From Pristiophorus japonicus (lineage: Eukaryota): 64,000 bases of DNA. Positions 13,590 through 26,944 of this stretch are shown here, one piece after another. The stretch spans positions 868,001-932,000 of the forward strand of contig NW_027251843.1 in assembly GCF_044704955.1 (NCBI RefSeq). Reading direction: 5' to 3'. Position 1 is the stretch's first letter; every line of letters begins with the position of its first letter. A model generated the notes under the pieces. The model ran no database searches. It was not told where the DNA came from and worked only from the letters and a program-made list of their open reading frames with translations. The position numbers and the translations under genes are program-made.

Positions 13590-14875
13590 CCAGAGGATGG
13601 TGGGGGTGGTTTAAGAAGTACTTGGATAGACACTTGAAGTGCCGTAACCTACAGGGCTACGGACCTAGAACTGGAAAGTGGGATTAGGCTGGATAGCTCT
13701 TTGACGGCCAGCGCGGACAAGATGGGCCGAATGGAGTCAGCCAGTGGCTCGGTTGGTAGCACCCTAGTCTCTGAGTCAGAATTTGAGGGTTCAAATCCCA
13801 CTGCGGTGTCCTGGCCAATATTTATTCCTCAATCAACATGACAAAAACAGGTTATTTGGTCATCATCACATTGCAGTTTGTGGGAGCTTGCTGTGCACAA
13901 ATTGGCTCCTGCATATCCGACATTACGACAGTGAGTACACTTCAAAAATTACTTCATTGGCTGTAAAGCATTTTGGGATGTCTGGCGGTTGTGAAAGTCG
14001 CTATATAAATGCTAGTCTTTCTTCCTTTTCTCAGAGACGAGCGTGCTAGTGACTGAGCCACGGCTGAAACCTCATGGTCGATTAGCCTGACACGCTCAGT
14101 ATCTGGGCTCACACTGGGACAGTGAGCCCACTTGGGAGCTCAGTCTCTCGGCTCACACTGGGACAGTGAGCCCACTTGGGGAGGGGAGCTGTGCCCCAGC
14201 CAGAGGTAGTGCCTTCAGTAGTGAGATGGGGAAAAGATGACGGGCAGCCTGTGGTGTAGAGGGGAGACATTTCACCGGCCGAGGGCAGGTGCTGAGCCCG
14301 TTTACCTGTAAGAATGTGGTAAGTGGATGGGGAAAGTGGGTCGGGCACTGAGGTAACGTCCTGTGTTGCTGGTGGAACTCCTGCTGTCTGCTCCGTCACG
14401 TGTGACAAACACGCTGACACATCAGACGGACATCTGGGATAGGGGATTGTCCTTTGGAGAGATTGAGTAGACTAGACCTATACTCTCTAGTGTTTCGAAG
14501 AATGAGAGGGGATCTCATTGAAACATACAGAATTCTGACAGGGCTTGACAGGGTAGATGCAGGGAGGATGTTTCCTCTGGCTGGGGAGTCTAGAACCAGG
14601 GGTCACAGTCTCAGAATAAGGGGTCCTCCATTTAGGACTGAGATGAGGAGAAACCTCTTCACTCAGAAAATGTAGTGAATCGTTGGAATTCCTTACCCCG
14701 GAGGGCTGTGGAGGCTCAGTCGTTGAGTATATTTAAGACGGAGATCGATAGATTTTTGGATATTAAGGGAATCGAGGGATATGGGGACAGTGCAGGAAAG
14801 TGGAGTTGTGATAAATGATCAGCCATGATCTCATTGAATGGTGGAGCAGGCTCGAGGGGCTGAATGGGCTACTCC
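13590..14875 (+). repeat. Segmental copy of the mid J-C intron (paralog of ~34200-35880); also at +4616 and +9232
   Basis: Same order of CR1 tail, internally deleted SINE, 45-bp unit (2 copies), E-box island and CR1 fragment, with the same junctions. Confidence 0.9.
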
Positions 14876-16458
14876 AGTTTGGGAGGGACGGGGGGATGGG
14901 GGGGGGAGGAGGGGCATGTGAGGTAGGGGGGCACGGAGGTGGGGAGGGAGTGCAGGGTGATGGATGGGAGGGTTGGGATTGGGTGGAGGGAGAAGGAGGG
15001 ATGGAGTGTGAGGAGGGCAGGAGTGAGGGAGGGGAGGGAGCGAGGCTTGGGAGCAGCTCGGGGGGGCGGGGGAAAGGGGAGGGTAGAGACCGTCATCAGC
15101 TTCCGGTTAAGCAATACCTCGATTTTTTAAATTCTCATCAATGTTTTCAAATCCCTCCATGGCCTCGCCCCTCCCTATCTCTGTAATCTCCTCCAGCCCC
15201 ACAACCCCCCGAGATGTCTGTGCTCCTCCAATTCTTCCCTCCTGAGCATCCCTGATTATAATCGCTCAACCATTGGTGGCCGTGCCTTCTGTTGCCGAGA
15301 CCCCAAGCTCTGGAACTCTCTCCCTAAACCTCTCCGCCTCTCTACCTCTCTTTCCTCCTTCAAGACGATCCTTAAAACATACCTCTTTGGCCACCTACAC
15401 TAATTTCTTATGTGACTCGGTGTCAAATTTTGTATCTCATATTACTCCTGGGAAGTGCCTTGGGACGTTTCACTACGTTAAAGGTGCTATATAAATACAG
15501 GTTGTTGTTGTTGAATTGAGGCAAAATCTGGTATTCTGGATGTCGCCGCTCCTTTTAACGCCCTCTCCAAAGCACGCACAGCAAATGTAACGTCCCTATT
15601 TAAAAAAGGAGGCAGACAGAAAGCAGGAAACTATAGACCAGTTAGCCTAACATCTGTCGTTGGGAAAATGCTGGAGTCCATTATTAAGGAAGCAGTAGCT
15701 GGACATTTGGAAAAGCGTAGTTCAATCAAGCAGAGTCAGCATGGTTTTATGAAAGGGAAATCATGTTTGACAAATTTGCTGGAACTCTTTGAGGATGTAA
15801 CGAGCAGGGTGGATAAAGGGGAACCAGTGGATGTGGTGTATTTGGATTTCCAGAAGGCATTCGATAAGGTGCCACATAAAAGACACAAGATAAAAGTTCA
15901 CGGGGTTGGGGATAATATATTAGCATGGATAGAAGATTGGCTAACTAACAGAAAACAGAGAATCAGGATAAATGGGTCATTTTCCCTTTGGCAAACAATA
16001 ACTAGTGAGGTGCCACAGGGATCGGTGCTGGGGCCTCAATTATTTCCAATCTCTATTAATGACGAAGGAACTGAGTGTAAAGTAGCAAAATTTGCTGGGA
16101 GGACAGACGCACCAACATTAGTGTCCTCGACCAGGCCAACATCCCCAGCATTGAAGCACTGACCATGCTTGATCAGCTCCATGGGCAGGCCACATTGTCC
16201 ACATGCCAGATACAAGACACCCAAACATAGAAACATAGAAACTAGGTGCAGGAGTAGGCCATTCGGCCCTTCGAGCCTGCACCGTCATTCAATGAGTTCA
16301 TGGCTGAACATGAAACTTCAGTACCCCCTTCCTGTTTTCTCGCCATAACCCTTGATCCCCCGAGTAGTAAGGACTTGATCTAACTCCCTTTTGAATATAT
16401 TTAATGAATTGGCCTCAACTACTTTCTGTGGTAGAGAATTCCACAGGTTCACCACTCT

Positions 16459-17493
16459 CTAGGTGAAAAAGTTTCTCCTCATCTTGGTCCTAAATGGCTT
16501 ACCCCTTATCCTCAGACTGTGACCCCTGGTTCTGGACTTCCCCAACATTGGGAACATTCTTCCTGCATCTAACCTGTCTAAACCCGTCAGAATTTTAAAC
16601 GTTTCCATGAGGTCCCCTCTCATTCTTCTGAACTCCAGTGAATACAAGCCCAGTTGATCTAGTCTTTCTTGATAGGTCAGTCCCACCATCCCAGGAATCA
16701 GTCTGGTGAATCTTCGCTGCACTCCCTCAATAGCAAGAATGTCCTTCCTCAAGTTAGGAGACCGAAACTGTACACAATACTCCAGGTGTGGCCTCACCAA
16801 GGCCCTGTACAACTGTAGCAACACCTCCCTGCCCCTGTACTCAAATCCCCTCGCTATGAAGGCCAACATGCCATTTGCTTTCTGAACCGCCTGCTGTACC
16901 TGCATGCCAACCTTCAATGACTGATGTACCATGACACCCAGGTCTCGTTGCACCTTCCCTTTTCCTAATATGTCACCGTTCAGATAATAGTCTGTCTCTC
17001 TGTTTTTACCACCAAAGTGGATAACCTCACATTTATCCACATTATACTTCATCTGCCATGCATTTGCCCACTCACCTAACCTATCCAAGTCACTCCGCAG
17101 CCTAATAGCATCCTCCTCGCAGCTCACACTGCCACCCAACTTAGTGTCATCCGCAAATTTGGAGATACTGCATTTAATCCCCTCGTCTAAATCATTAATG
17201 TACAATGTAAACAGCTGGGGCCCCAGCACAGAACCTTGCGGCACCCCACTAGTCACTGCCTGCCATTCTGAAAAGTACCTGTTTACTCCTACTCTTTGCT
17301 TCCTGTCTGACAACCAGTTCTCAATCCACGTCAGCACACTACGCCCAATCCCATGTGCTTTAACTTTGCACATTAATCTCTTGTGTGGGACCTTGTCGAA
17401 AGCCTTCTGAAAGTCCAAATATACCACATCAACTGGTTCTCCTTTGTCCACTTTACTGGAAACATCCTCAAAAAATTCCAGAAGATTTGTCAA
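16459..17493 (-). mobile_element. CR1 reverse transcriptase fragment (344-aa open frame), repeat copy 2
   Basis: RT motifs as in copy 1; 5'-truncated with no endonuclease. Confidence 0.92.
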
Positions 17494-20400
17494 GCATGAT
17501 TACCCTTTCACAAATCCATGCTGACTTGGACCTATCATGTCACCATTTTCCAAATGCGCTGCTATGACATCCTTAATAATTGATTCCATCATTTTACCCA
17601 CGACTGAGGTCAGGCTGACCGGTCTATAATTCCCTGTTTTCTCTCTCCCTCCTTTTTTAAAAAGTATATACTAGCTTTGGAGGGGGTACAGAGACGATTC
17701 ACTCAGCTGATTCCAGAGATGAGGGGGTTACCTTATGATGATAGACTGAGTAGACTGGGTCTTTACTCGTTGGAGTTCAGAAGGATGAGGGGTGATATTG
17801 TAGAAACATTTAAAATAATGAAAGGGATAGACAAGATAGAGGCAGAGAGGTTGTTTCCACTGGTCGGGGAGACGAGAACTAGGGGGCACAGCCTCAAAAT
17901 ATGGGGGAGCCAATTTAAAACCAAGTTGAGAAGGAATTTCTTCTCCCAGAGGGTTGTGAATCTGTGGAATTCTCTGCCCAAGGAAACAGTTGAGGCGAGC
18001 TCATTGAATGTATTCAAATCACAGATAGATAGATTTTTAACCAATAAGGCAATTAAGGGTTCTGGGAAGCGGACGGGTAAGTGGAGCTGAGTCTACGGCC
18101 AGATCAGCCATGATCTTGTTGAATGGTGGAGCAGGCTCGAGGGGCTAGATGGCCTACTCCTGTTCCTAATTCTTATGTTGTTATGTTCCAATGAAATGCC
18201 TTGACCCAGAGGATGGTGGGGGTGGTTTAAGAAGTACTTGGATAGACACTTGAAGTGCCGTAACCTACAGGGCTACGGACCTAGAACTGGAAAGTGGGAT
18301 TAGGCTGGATAGCTCTTTGACGGCCAGCGCGGACAAGATGGGCCGAATGGAGTCAGCCAGTGGCTCGGTTGGTAGCACCCTAGTCTCTGAGTCAGAATTT
18401 GAGGGTTCAAATCCCACTGCGGTGTCCTGGCCAATATTTATTCCTCAATCAACATGACAAAAACAGGTTATTTGGTCATCATCACATTGCAGTTTGTGGG
18501 AGCTTGCTGTGCACAAATTGGCTCCTGCATATCCGACATTACGACAGTGAGTACACTTCAAAAATTACTTCATTGGCTGTAAAGCATTTTGGGATGTCTG
18601 GCGGTTGTGAAAGTCGCTATATAAATGCTAGTCTTTCTTCCTTTTCTCAGAGACGAGCGTGCTAGTGACTGAGCCACGGCTGAAACCTCATGGTCGATTA
18701 GCCTGACACGCTCAGTATCTGGGCTCACACTGGGACAGTGAGCCCACTTGGGAGCTCAGTCTCTCGGCTCACACTGGGACAGTGAGCCCACTTGGGGAGG
18801 GGAGCTGTGCCCCAGCCAGAGGTAGTGCCTTCAGTAGTGAGATGGGGAAAAGATGACGGGCAGCCTGTGGTGTAGAGGGGAGACATTTCACCGGCCGAGG
18901 GCAGGTGCTGAGCCCGTTTACCTGTAAGAATGTGGTAAGTGGATGGGGAAAGTGGGTCGGGCACTGAGGTAACGTCCTGTGTTGCTGGTGGAACTCCTGC
19001 TGTCTGCTCCGTCACGTGTGACAAACACGCTGACACATCAGACGGACATCTGGGATAGGGGATTGTCCTTTGGAGAGATTGAGTAGACTAGACCTATACT
19101 CTCTAGTGTTTCGAAGAATGAGAGGGGATCTCATTGAAACATACAGAATTCTGACAGGGCTTGACAGGGTAGATGCAGGGAGGATGTTTCCTCTGGCTGG
19201 GGAGTCTAGAACCAGGGGTCACAGTCTCAGAATAAGGGGTCCTCCATTTAGGACTGAGATGAGGAGAAACCTCTTCACTCAGAAAATGTAGTGAATCGTT
19301 GGAATTCCTTACCCCGGAGGGCTGTGGAGGCTCAGTCGTTGAGTATATTTAAGACGGAGATCGATAGATTTTTGGATATTAAGGGAATCGAGGGATATGG
19401 GGACAGTGCAGGAAAGTGGAGTTGTGATAAATGATCAGCCATGATCTCATTGAATGGTGGAGCAGGCTCGAGGGGCTGAATGGGCTACTCCAGTTTGGGA
19501 GGGACGGGGGGATGGGGGGGGGAGGAGGGGCATGTGAGGTAGGGGGGCACGGAGGTGGGGAGGGAGTGCAGGGTGATGGATGGGAGGGTTGGGATTGGGT
19601 GGAGGGAGAAGGAGGGATGGAGTGTGAGGAGGGCAGGAGTGAGGGAGGGGAGGGAGCGAGGCTTGGGAGCAGCTCGGGGGGGCGGGGGAAAGGGGAGGGT
19701 AGAGACCGTCATCAGCTTCCGGTTAAGCAATACCTCGATTTTTTAAATTCTCATCAATGTTTTCAAATCCCTCCATGGCCTCGCCCCTCCCTATCTCTGT
19801 AATCTCCTCCAGCCCCACAACCCCCCGAGATGTCTGTGCTCCTCCAATTCTTCCCTCCTGAGCATCCCTGATTATAATCGCTCAACCATTGGTGGCCGTG
19901 CCTTCTGTTGCCGAGACCCCAAGCTCTGGAACTCTCTCCCTAAACCTCTCCGCCTCTCTACCTCTCTTTCCTCCTTCAAGACGATCCTTAAAACATACCT
20001 CTTTGGCCACCTACACTAATTTCTTATGTGACTCGGTGTCAAATTTTGTATCTCATATTACTCCTGGGAAGTGCCTTGGGACGTTTCACTACGTTAAAGG
20101 TGCTATATAAATACAGGTTGTTGTTGTTGAATTGAGGCAAAATCTGGTATTCTGGATGTCGCCGCTCCTTTTAACGCCCTCTCCAAAGCACGCACAGCAA
20201 ATGTAACGTCCCTATTTAAAAAAGGAGGCAGACAGAAAGCAGGAAACTATAGACCAGTTAGCCTAACATCTGTCGTTGGGAAAATGCTGGAGTCCATTAT
20301 TAAGGAAGCAGTAGCTGGACATTTGGAAAAGCGTAGTTCAATCAAGCAGAGTCAGCATGGTTTTATGAAAGGGAAATCATGTTTGACAAATTTGCTGGAA

Positions 20401-21074
20401 CTCTTTGAGGATGTAACGAGCAGGGTGGATAAAGGGGAACCAGTGGATGTGGTGTATTTGGATTTCCAGAAGGCATTCGATAAGGTGCCACATAAAAGAC
20501 ACAAGATAAAAGTTCACGGGGTTGGGGATAATATATTAGCATGGATAGAAGATTGGCTAACTAACAGAAAACAGAGAATCAGGATAAATGGGTCATTTTC
20601 CCTTTGGCAAACAATAACTAGTGAGGTGCCACAGGGATCGGTGCTGGGGCCTCAATTATTTCCAATCTCTATTAATGACGAAGGAACTGAGTGTAAAGTA
20701 GCAAAATTTGCTGGGAGGACAGACGCACCAACATTAGTGTCCTCGACCAGGCCAACATCCCCAGCATTGAAGCACTGACCATGCTTGATCAGCTCCATGG
20801 GCAGGCCACATTGTCCACATGCCAGATACAAGACACCCAAACATAGAAACATAGAAACTAGGTGCAGGAGTAGGCCATTCGGCCCTTCGAGCCTGCACCG
20901 TCATTCAATGAGTTCATGGCTGAACATGAAACTTCAGTACCCCCTTCCTGTTTTCTCGCCATAACCCTTGATCCCCCGAGTAGTAAGGACTTGATCTAAC
21001 TCCCTTTTGAATATATTTAATGAATTGGCCTCAACTACTTTCTGTGGTAGAGAATTCCACAGGTTCACCACTCT

Positions 21075-22109
21075 CTAGGTGAAAAAGTTTCTCCTCATCT
21101 TGGTCCTAAATGGCTTACCCCTTATCCTCAGACTGTGACCCCTGGTTCTGGACTTCCCCAACATTGGGAACATTCTTCCTGCATCTAACCTGTCTAAACC
21201 CGTCAGAATTTTAAACGTTTCCATGAGGTCCCCTCTCATTCTTCTGAACTCCAGTGAATACAAGCCCAGTTGATCTAGTCTTTCTTGATAGGTCAGTCCC
21301 ACCATCCCAGGAATCAGTCTGGTGAATCTTCGCTGCACTCCCTCAATAGCAAGAATGTCCTTCCTCAAGTTAGGAGACCGAAACTGTACACAATACTCCA
21401 GGTGTGGCCTCACCAAGGCCCTGTACAACTGTAGCAACACCTCCCTGCCCCTGTACTCAAATCCCCTCGCTATGAAGGCCAACATGCCATTTGCTTTCTG
21501 AACCGCCTGCTGTACCTGCATGCCAACCTTCAATGACTGATGTACCATGACACCCAGGTCTCGTTGCACCTTCCCTTTTCCTAATATGTCACCGTTCAGA
21601 TAATAGTCTGTCTCTCTGTTTTTACCACCAAAGTGGATAACCTCACATTTATCCACATTATACTTCATCTGCCATGCATTTGCCCACTCACCTAACCTAT
21701 CCAAGTCACTCCGCAGCCTAATAGCATCCTCCTCGCAGCTCACACTGCCACCCAACTTAGTGTCATCCGCAAATTTGGAGATACTGCATTTAATCCCCTC
21801 GTCTAAATCATTAATGTACAATGTAAACAGCTGGGGCCCCAGCACAGAACCTTGCGGCACCCCACTAGTCACTGCCTGCCATTCTGAAAAGTACCTGTTT
21901 ACTCCTACTCTTTGCTTCCTGTCTGACAACCAGTTCTCAATCCACGTCAGCACACTACGCCCAATCCCATGTGCTTTAACTTTGCACATTAATCTCTTGT
22001 GTGGGACCTTGTCGAAAGCCTTCTGAAAGTCCAAATATACCACATCAACTGGTTCTCCTTTGTCCACTTTACTGGAAACATCCTCAAAAAATTCCAGAAG
22101 ATTTGTCAA
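21075..22109 (-). mobile_element. CR1 reverse transcriptase fragment (344-aa open frame), repeat copy 3
   Basis: Translation identical to 16459-17493. Confidence 0.92.
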
Positions 22110-25100
22110 GCATGATTACCCTTTCACAAATCCATGCTGACTTGGACCTATCATGTCACCATTTTCCAAATGCGCTGCTATGACATCCTTAATAATTGAT
22201 TCCATCATTTTACCCACGACTGAGGTCAGGCTGACCGGTCTATAATTCCCTGTTTTCTCTCTCCCTCCTTTTTTAAAAAGTATATACTAGCTTTGGAGGG
22301 GGTACAGAGACGATTCACTCAGCTGATTCCAGAGATGAGGGGGTTACCTTATGATGATAGACTGAGTAGACTGGGTCTTTACTCGTTGGAGTTCAGAAGG
22401 ATGAGGGGTGATATTGTAGAAACATTTAAAATAATGAAAGGGATAGACAAGATAGAGGCAGAGAGGTTGTTTCCACTGGTCGGGGAGACGAGAACTAGGG
22501 GGCACAGCCTCAAAATATGGGGGAGCCAATTTAAAACCAAGTTGAGAAGGAATTTCTTCTCCCAGAGGGTTGTGAATCTGTGGAATTCTCTGCCCAAGGA
22601 AACAGTTGAGGCGAGCTCATTGAATGTATTCAAATCACAGATAGATAGATTTTTAACCAATAAGGCAATTAAGGGTTCTGGGAAGCGGACGGGTAAGTGG
22701 AGCTGAGTCTACGGCCAGATCAGCCATGATCTTGTTGAATGGTGGAGCAGGCTCGAGGGGCTAGATGGCCTACTCCTGTTCCTAATTCTTATGTTGTTAT
22801 GTTCCAATGAAATGCCTTGACCCAGAGGATGGTGGGGGTGGTTTAAGAAGTACTTGGATAGACACTTGAAGTGCCGTAACCTACAGGGCTACGGACCTAG
22901 AACTGGAAAGTGGGATTAGGCTGGATAGCTCTTTGACGGCCAGCGCGGACAAGATGGGCCGAATGGAGTCAGCCAGTGGCTCGGTTGGTAGCACCCTAGT
23001 CTCTGAGTCAGAATTTGAGGGTTCAAATCCCACTGCGGTGTCCTGGCCAATATTTATTCCTCAATCAACATGACAAAAACAGGTTATTTGGTCATCATCA
23101 CATTGCAGTTTGTGGGAGCTTGCTGTGCACAAATTGGCTCCTGCATATCCGACATTACGACAGTGAGTACACTTCAAAAATTACTTCATTGGCTGTAAAG
23201 CATTTTGGGATGTCTGGCGGTTGTGAAAGTCGCTATATAAATGCTAGTCTTTCTTCCTTTTCTCAGAGACGAGCGTGCTAGTGACTGAGCCACGGCTGAA
23301 ACCTCATGGTCGATTAGCCTGACACGCTCAGTATCTGGGCTCACACTGGGACAGTGAGCCCACTTGGGAGCTCAGTCTCTCGGCTCACACTGGGACAGTG
23401 AGCCCACTTGGGGAGGGGAGCTGTGCCCCAGCCAGAGGTAGTGCCTTCAGTAGTGAGATGGGGAAAAGATGACGGGCAGCCTGTGGTGTAGAGGGGAGAC
23501 ATTTCACCGGCCGAGGGCAGGTGCTGAGCCCGTTTACCTGTAAGAATGTGGTAAGTGGATGGGGAAAGTGGGTCGGGCACTGAGGTAACGTCCTGTGTTG
23601 CTGGTGGAACTCCTGCTGTCTGCTCCGTCACGTGTGACAAACACGCTGACACATCAGACGGACATCTGGGATAGGGGATTGTCCTTTGGAGAGATTGAGT
23701 AGACTAGACCTATACTCTCTAGTGTTTCGAAGAATGAGAGGGGATCTCATTGAAACATACAGAATTCTGACAGGGCTTGACAGGGTAGATGCAGGGAGGA
23801 TGTTTCCTCTGGCTGGGGAGTCTAGAACCAGGGGTCACAGTCTCAGAATAAGGGGTCCTCCATTTAGGACTGAGATGAGGAGAAACCTCTTCACTCAGAA
23901 AATGTAGTGAATCGTTGGAATTCCTTACCCCGGAGGGCTGTGGAGGCTCAGTCGTTGAGTATATTTAAGACGGAGATCGATAGATTTTTGGATATTAAGG
24001 GAATCGAGGGATATGGGGACAGTGCAGGAAAGTGGAGTTGTGATAAATGATCAGCCATGATCTCATTGAATGGTGGAGCAGGCTCGAGGGGCTGAATGGG
24101 CTACTCCAGTTTGGGAGGGACGGGGGGATGGGGGGGGGAGGAGGGGCATGTGAGGTAGGGGGGCACGGAGGTGGGGAGGGAGTGCAGGGTGATGGATGGG
24201 AGGGTTGGGATTGGGTGGAGGGAGAAGGAGGGATGGAGTGTGAGGAGGGCAGGAGTGAGGGAGGGGAGGGAGCGAGGCTTGGGAGCAGCTCGGGGGGGCG
24301 GGGGAAAGGGGAGGGTAGAGACCGTCATCAGCTTCCGGTTAAGCAATACCTCGATTTTTTAAATTCTCATCAATGTTTTCAAATCCCTCCATGGCCTCGC
24401 CCCTCCCTATCTCTGTAATCTCCTCCAGCCCCACAACCCCCCGAGATGTCTGTGCTCCTCCAATTCTTCCCTCCTGAGCATCCCTGATTATAATCGCTCA
24501 ACCATTGGTGGCCGTGCCTTCTGTTGCCGAGACCCCAAGCTCTGGAACTCTCTCCCTAAACCTCTCCGCCTCTCTACCTCTCTTTCCTCCTTCAAGACGA
24601 TCCTTAAAACATACCTCTTTGGCCACCTACACTAATTTCTTATGTGACTCGGTGTCAAATTTTGTATCTCATATTACTCCTGGGAAGTGCCTTGGGACGT
24701 TTCACTACGTTAAAGGTGCTATATAAATACAGGTTGTTGTTGTTGAATTGAGGCAAAATCTGGTATTCTGGATGTCGCCGCTCCTTTTAACGCCCTCTCC
24801 AAAGCACGCACAGCAAATGTAACGTCCCTATTTAAAAAAGGAGGCAGACAGAAAGCAGGAAACTATAGACCAGTTAGCCTAACATCTGTCGTTGGGAAAA
24901 TGCTGGAGTCCATTATTAAGGAAGCAGTAGCAGGACATTTGGAAAAGCGTAGTTCAATCAAGCAGAGTCAGCATGGTTTTATGAAAGGGAAATCATGTTT
25001 GACAAATTTGCTGGAACTCTTTGAGGATGTAACGAGCAGGGTGGATAAAGGGGAACCAGTGGATGTGGTGTATTTGGATTTCCAGAAGGCATTCGATAAG

Positions 25101-25331
25101 GTGCCACATAAAAGACACAAGATAAAAGTTCACGGGGTTGGGGGTAATATATTAGCATGGATAGAAGATTGGCTAACTAACAGAAAACAGAGAATCAGGA
25201 TAAATGGGTCATTTTCCCTTTGGCAAACAATAACTAGTGAGGTGCCACAGGGATCGGTGCTGGGGCCTCAATTATTTCCAATCTCTATTAATGACGAAGG
25301 AACTGAGTGTAAAGTAGCAAAATTTGCTGGG

Positions 25332-26016
25332 AGGACAGACGCACCAACATTAGTGTCCTCGACCAGGCCAACATCCCCAGCATTGAAGCACTGACCACGC
25401 TTGATCAGCTCCATGGGCAGGCCACATTGTCCACATGCCAGATACAAGACACCCAAACATAGAAACATAGAAACTAGGTGCAGGAGTAGGCCATTCGGCC
25501 CTTCGAGCCTGCACCGTCATTCAATGAGTTCATGGCTGAACATGCAACTTCAGTACCCCATTCCTGCTTTCTCGCCATACCCCTTGATCCCCCTAGTAGT
25601 AAGGACTACATCTAACTCCTTATTGAATACTCGCTCTACTCGGAACTCTTTCACGGCAAACGAGCCAAAGGTGGGCAGAGGAACGTTACAAAGACACCCT
25701 CAAAGCCTCCCTGATGAAGTGCAAAATCCCCACTGACACCTGGGAGACCCTGGCCAAAGACTTCCCGAAGTGGAGGAAATGTATCTGGGATGGTGCTGAG
25801 CACTTCGCATCTCATCGCCGTGGTGCATGCAGAAATCAAGTGCAGGCAGCAGAAGGAACATGCAGCAAACCTGTCCCACCCACCCTTACCCTCAATGATT
25901 GTCTGTCCCACCTGTGGCAGGGACTGTGGTTCTCGTATTGGACTGTTCAGTCACCTAACGACTCATTTTAAGATTGGAAGCAAGTCTTCCCCGATTCCGA
26001 GGGACTGCCTATGATG
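25332..26016 (+). mobile_element. RTE-like LINE 3' end, nested in a CR1 and carrying a short antisense CR1 tail (~25456-25630)
   Basis: KCKIPTDTWETLA..WR, a CPTCGRDCGSRIGLFSH zinc knuckle and a (ATG)n-type end. The host CR1 spans 24815-25330 and 26020-26365. Confidence 0.75.
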
Positions 26017-26944
26017 GTGGCTGGGAAAACACATTGTGAGGAGGACACTAAAAATCAGCAAAGGGATATAGACAGGCTCAGTGAGTGGGCAAAACTTTGG
26101 CAGATGGAGTATAATGTGGGAAAATGTGAGGTTATCCATTTGGCAGAAAGAATAGGAAAGCAATTTATTTTTTAAAAGGAGAAAACTTGCAAACTGCTGC
26201 AGCACAGAGGGACCTGGGGGACCTGGTGCATGAAACACAAAAAGTTAGTATGCAGGTACAGCAAGTGATCAGGAAAGCCAATGGAATGTTGCCCTTTATT
26301 GTAAGGGGGATGGAGTATAAAAGCAGAGAAGTCCTGCTACATCTGTACAGGGTATTGGTGAGACTCCCTGAGAACACCCCCCCAATCGCCCTGGTCCCCA
26401 CCATTCCACACAAGGTCAGCCCCTGATCATCCGACCAGGTCACCCCTCCACTCCCCTCCTCCCCCACAGTCCCTTAAAGACCGCATTACCGCGGAGCACT
26501 CCTCAGGCCGACATAACAGTGCTGGGTAACAGTCACACACACACACACACACACCTACAGGCGGTGCTAGGTAAGCCACACTAACATTCAGGGACATGTA
26601 CACGGTGATACACTGACTGCTCCTCTCCCGAAGCTGAGGCCTCACTCGGTACAGTTTTGTGCTGCTGCAATGAGCCACACGTTAAGGAGAGAGAATGCAA
26701 CGTTGTGACCTTGGCCTCCTGCCCCCAGATTGCTCCCAGCAGTCAGCACAGAGTGCACAGTGCGATCCCACTATCGGGGCTGCCCCAACACCCCCAGTGT
26801 GCAGAGTGAGAGCCAATGCTCAGACTGGGAGGGTTTAATCCCAGCAGCTTTTACTGTCTCTGTGTTTAATCTTGTGCACTCCAGGGGTTCGAGGTCAAAT
26901 TGATCATTTTAAAATGATTGATAATTGGCTTTAAAACAAATCTC

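Larger units (their letters stand above)
11670..25544. repeat. Tandem triplication, period 4616 bp
   Basis: The same ORF set recurs at +4616 and +9232 (e.g. 13061/17677/22293). The span is 3x4616+27. I saw only four substitutions between copies. Confidence 0.97.

Noticed and set aside
16459-22109. 344-aa RT ORFs as active or domesticated genes, or as a retron/DGR-like system next to Ig
   Set aside because: They are 5'-truncated CR1 ORF2 pieces with no endonuclease and no evident promoter. They are identical because of the tandem duplication, and copy 1 already has a stop.
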